Shown here: positions 61,755 to 64,000 of the stretch, one piece after another
Numbering within the stretch: the stretch's first letter is position 1
Layout: each line of letters opens with the position of its first letter
Assembly: GCA_002633005.1 (NCBI GenBank)
Contig: NMRA01000011.1
Span: 1,314,555 to 1,378,554 of the forward strand
Direction: 5' to 3'
Source of the DNA: Phoronis australis
Taxonomy: Eukaryota; Animalia; Phoronida
DNA: 64,000 nt
The notes under the pieces: model-generated
The model's input: only the letters and a program-made list of their open reading frames with translations
What the model was told of the DNA's origin: nothing
Database searches by the model: none
Made by a program: the position numbers and the translations under genes

Positions 61755-62510
61755 ACATGGAAGGTTCAAAAGGTAGGTCAATGTCTACTCGACTCGTGCC
61801 GGTTCGATCATCAAACTTTCCCAAAATAGTTTAAAGTAATACAATTGCAGGAGAATAAATGGCACACAGCATGCAATCAGGGGCCCAAACGTGTTATCTG
61901 GAACAGGACTGTTAATTATATGACGCCTCTGTCTCATTTTTCATTTGCTAGATATCATATCGTCTGCAACTCAAGCAACGATTCCTAGGTAACTACTACA
62001 TCAAATGTTGTTATTTAAATAATTTCAGTAAATGTTTCAAGTACCGTTGCTTTCATTTTTTGTAATCTCTTTTCATATAACAAGTTGCATGCGCGAACCC
62101 AGGGGGGGGGGGGGGGNCCATTTGGCGAAGTGGGCAAAAGGTCCGCCTCAGGGAAACGACATTCCGAGAAAACAAGACAAAAGTCAACTAAAAAGACGCA
62201 GACGCACAGTTAAGTTCTGAAGGTGACACCCCGTTTTTTATAGTCCTCTCGCTTTTTTTCAGCAAAAGGTCCACATCGCCAGAAATTCGAGCACCCCGAT
62301 ATTAAAGGCTGGGTGCACGCATGAGTTGTTGGATTTAAAAATGTTTCTTTACAGAACACTTGCAACCTAACGCGCAAGTACAATACATATAGGATGTGAT
62401 CCGCCACGTGAACAGTCTGAGTGAAGTATTTAAAAAATCTGCCGAAATCATGAAAAAACTATGAATTCGAAGCGTACCTCGATTGGCGTACATGAAGTAA
62501 TATCCCATCT
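61755..62510 (-). repeat. Dispersed repeat, inverted copy of 39230-39725, interrupted by a MITE
   Basis: Collinear reverse-complement similarity on both sides of 62088-62323. Confidence 0.85.
62088..62323. mobile_element. MITE (CATGCGC TIR) with 5-bp TSD AGTTG
   Basis: CATGCGCGAACCCAG ... CTGGGTGCACGCATG; AGTTG at 62083-62087 and 62324-62328; contains N at 62117. Confidence 0.88.
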
Positions 62511-64000
62511 ACTGCACTCTCGGTTCGTTCTGTCCAAGAATTGAACATTTTGATTTAGCCCGCTTACAGCAATAAAATTGATCTCAATCTGTTACTAACT
62601 CAAATGTGAACTTATTTGCAAAGAACTGAAAGTTTGTTATTCGTTCAGAATATGCTCGGGGAATTAAATTATAGGATGTGAGTGGAGAACTTATTTTGGT
62701 GTCATGGAATTGGCGAGCCCTCAGTTGTTTTGAAACACAGAAATCGCATTTATTTCAATTGGCCAATTTTGGGTAACTTTGGTGTATCATATCTCAGAAA
62801 TGGCTGATGTAATTAAATTTTCAGATGCTACGCTTTATGTCTGAACTCTTTTCTCAAATTTGTTAGAAATTGTTCTTTAAATCTTCCACTTTTGGATGAG
62901 TAGCTATCAAAAAGATTTTTTAAGAAAACGATTTGCCTAAAACGAAAACGAAGTGTTAATTAAGAAAACTACAACAGCATTTCTGATATTTATTTTTGAA
63001 CATTCATATCAAACAAAATATTTTGGTCTTGTTACAGGTAAGCGTACATTTGTTTTGCTTTTGCTACCAATGCACATTTCTGTTTGGTATTAAGTCAAAA
63101 CTCAAACTCTACAAGTCTTCTGCGTTAAAGAAATGTTTACATTTACTGAGATGAATTTTACAGTTCTGTACACACTTGACTAAATGCACACAGGCTTGTC
63201 GACAAGGTCTTATATATTCAGGACTAACTTTGTCCGACAAGGGTAGCAGTTGTGTTGTCATAACCAAACAAGTAACCGTGAGGTGGCGCTTGAGGCTTTA
63301 TGTGCTTTATCTTCGATTCATATTGATAATTCATGTGAAATTCAGTTAATGAAACAAACGTCACATTTTCCCCAAACATCAAGTTTTATTTTTTCATGAA
63401 ATGACGGACAAAATGGAATTTCTTTTGAAGCATATGGCATGTTATGTATGAGATGAAGGTTCAAAGAATACAACATCTTCAGTCTAAAGAAAGCTTCACT
63501 CACCGCACTAAAACGCCTAGGAATGTATTCTCATCTGGTTTTTTTATCAGACATTACATTAGTACCCGAGACTATGGCTACAATATATCATTGCATCATT
63601 GTCATTAAAACAGGTATTCGTGTATCTGTCATACCCCAAAATATCGTAATAGTAGAATAATTCATTCGCCATTTGGGAACTAATTATGTAACTACCTGTG
63701 TTGCATGCCTAAAACTAATCTTTTAGATGAGTAATAGAAGACTAAGTTAACAGCAGTAAGTAATGAAAACTAAAACAAACAACTTTTTCACTTAAAGAGG
63801 CCTGAAACGCGATAAACAAACTAAATTGCAATAATGAAAGTCGTTCTCTGCCACTGAAATAGAATTCAACCTGCTCACCAGGCATTTTTAGGCATTTTCG
63901 TAGATTTTTAATTTCTGTTGATATCAAAACATGTTCCTTTAATTTCAAATTTCAAAAAAAAAAACAATCTGTCAACTGCTTGCCACTTCATCGATTTTTC

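Overview
This is eukaryotic (animal, probably marine invertebrate) genomic DNA. It is AT-rich, has spliceosomal GT-AG introns and three single-N scaffold joins. No prokaryotic operons, CRISPR arrays or rRNA are present. Two protein genes lie on the minus strand. The first is an intronless galactose-3-O-sulfotransferase (7586-8791). The second is a multi-exon cytosolic carboxypeptidase of the CCP2/3 (AGBL2/3, Nna1-like tubulin deglutamylase) type, spanning about 20.3-45.2 kb, which I traced exon by exon with consistent intron phases. It appears to have alternative 3' ends, a duplicated N-terminal module and a tandem array of duplicated splice acceptors. The rest is transposon-rich: a decayed 4.5-kb AcademX element (TAG...CTA ends, TAA target duplication), an RTE-X-like LINE remnant, TTAA-flanked Kolobok-type MITEs, and MITEs with 5-bp target-site duplications. 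One of those MITEs carries a tRNA-Gly pseudogene, and another has its empty site visible elsewhere in the window. All calls come from reading the sequence by eye; no searches were run.
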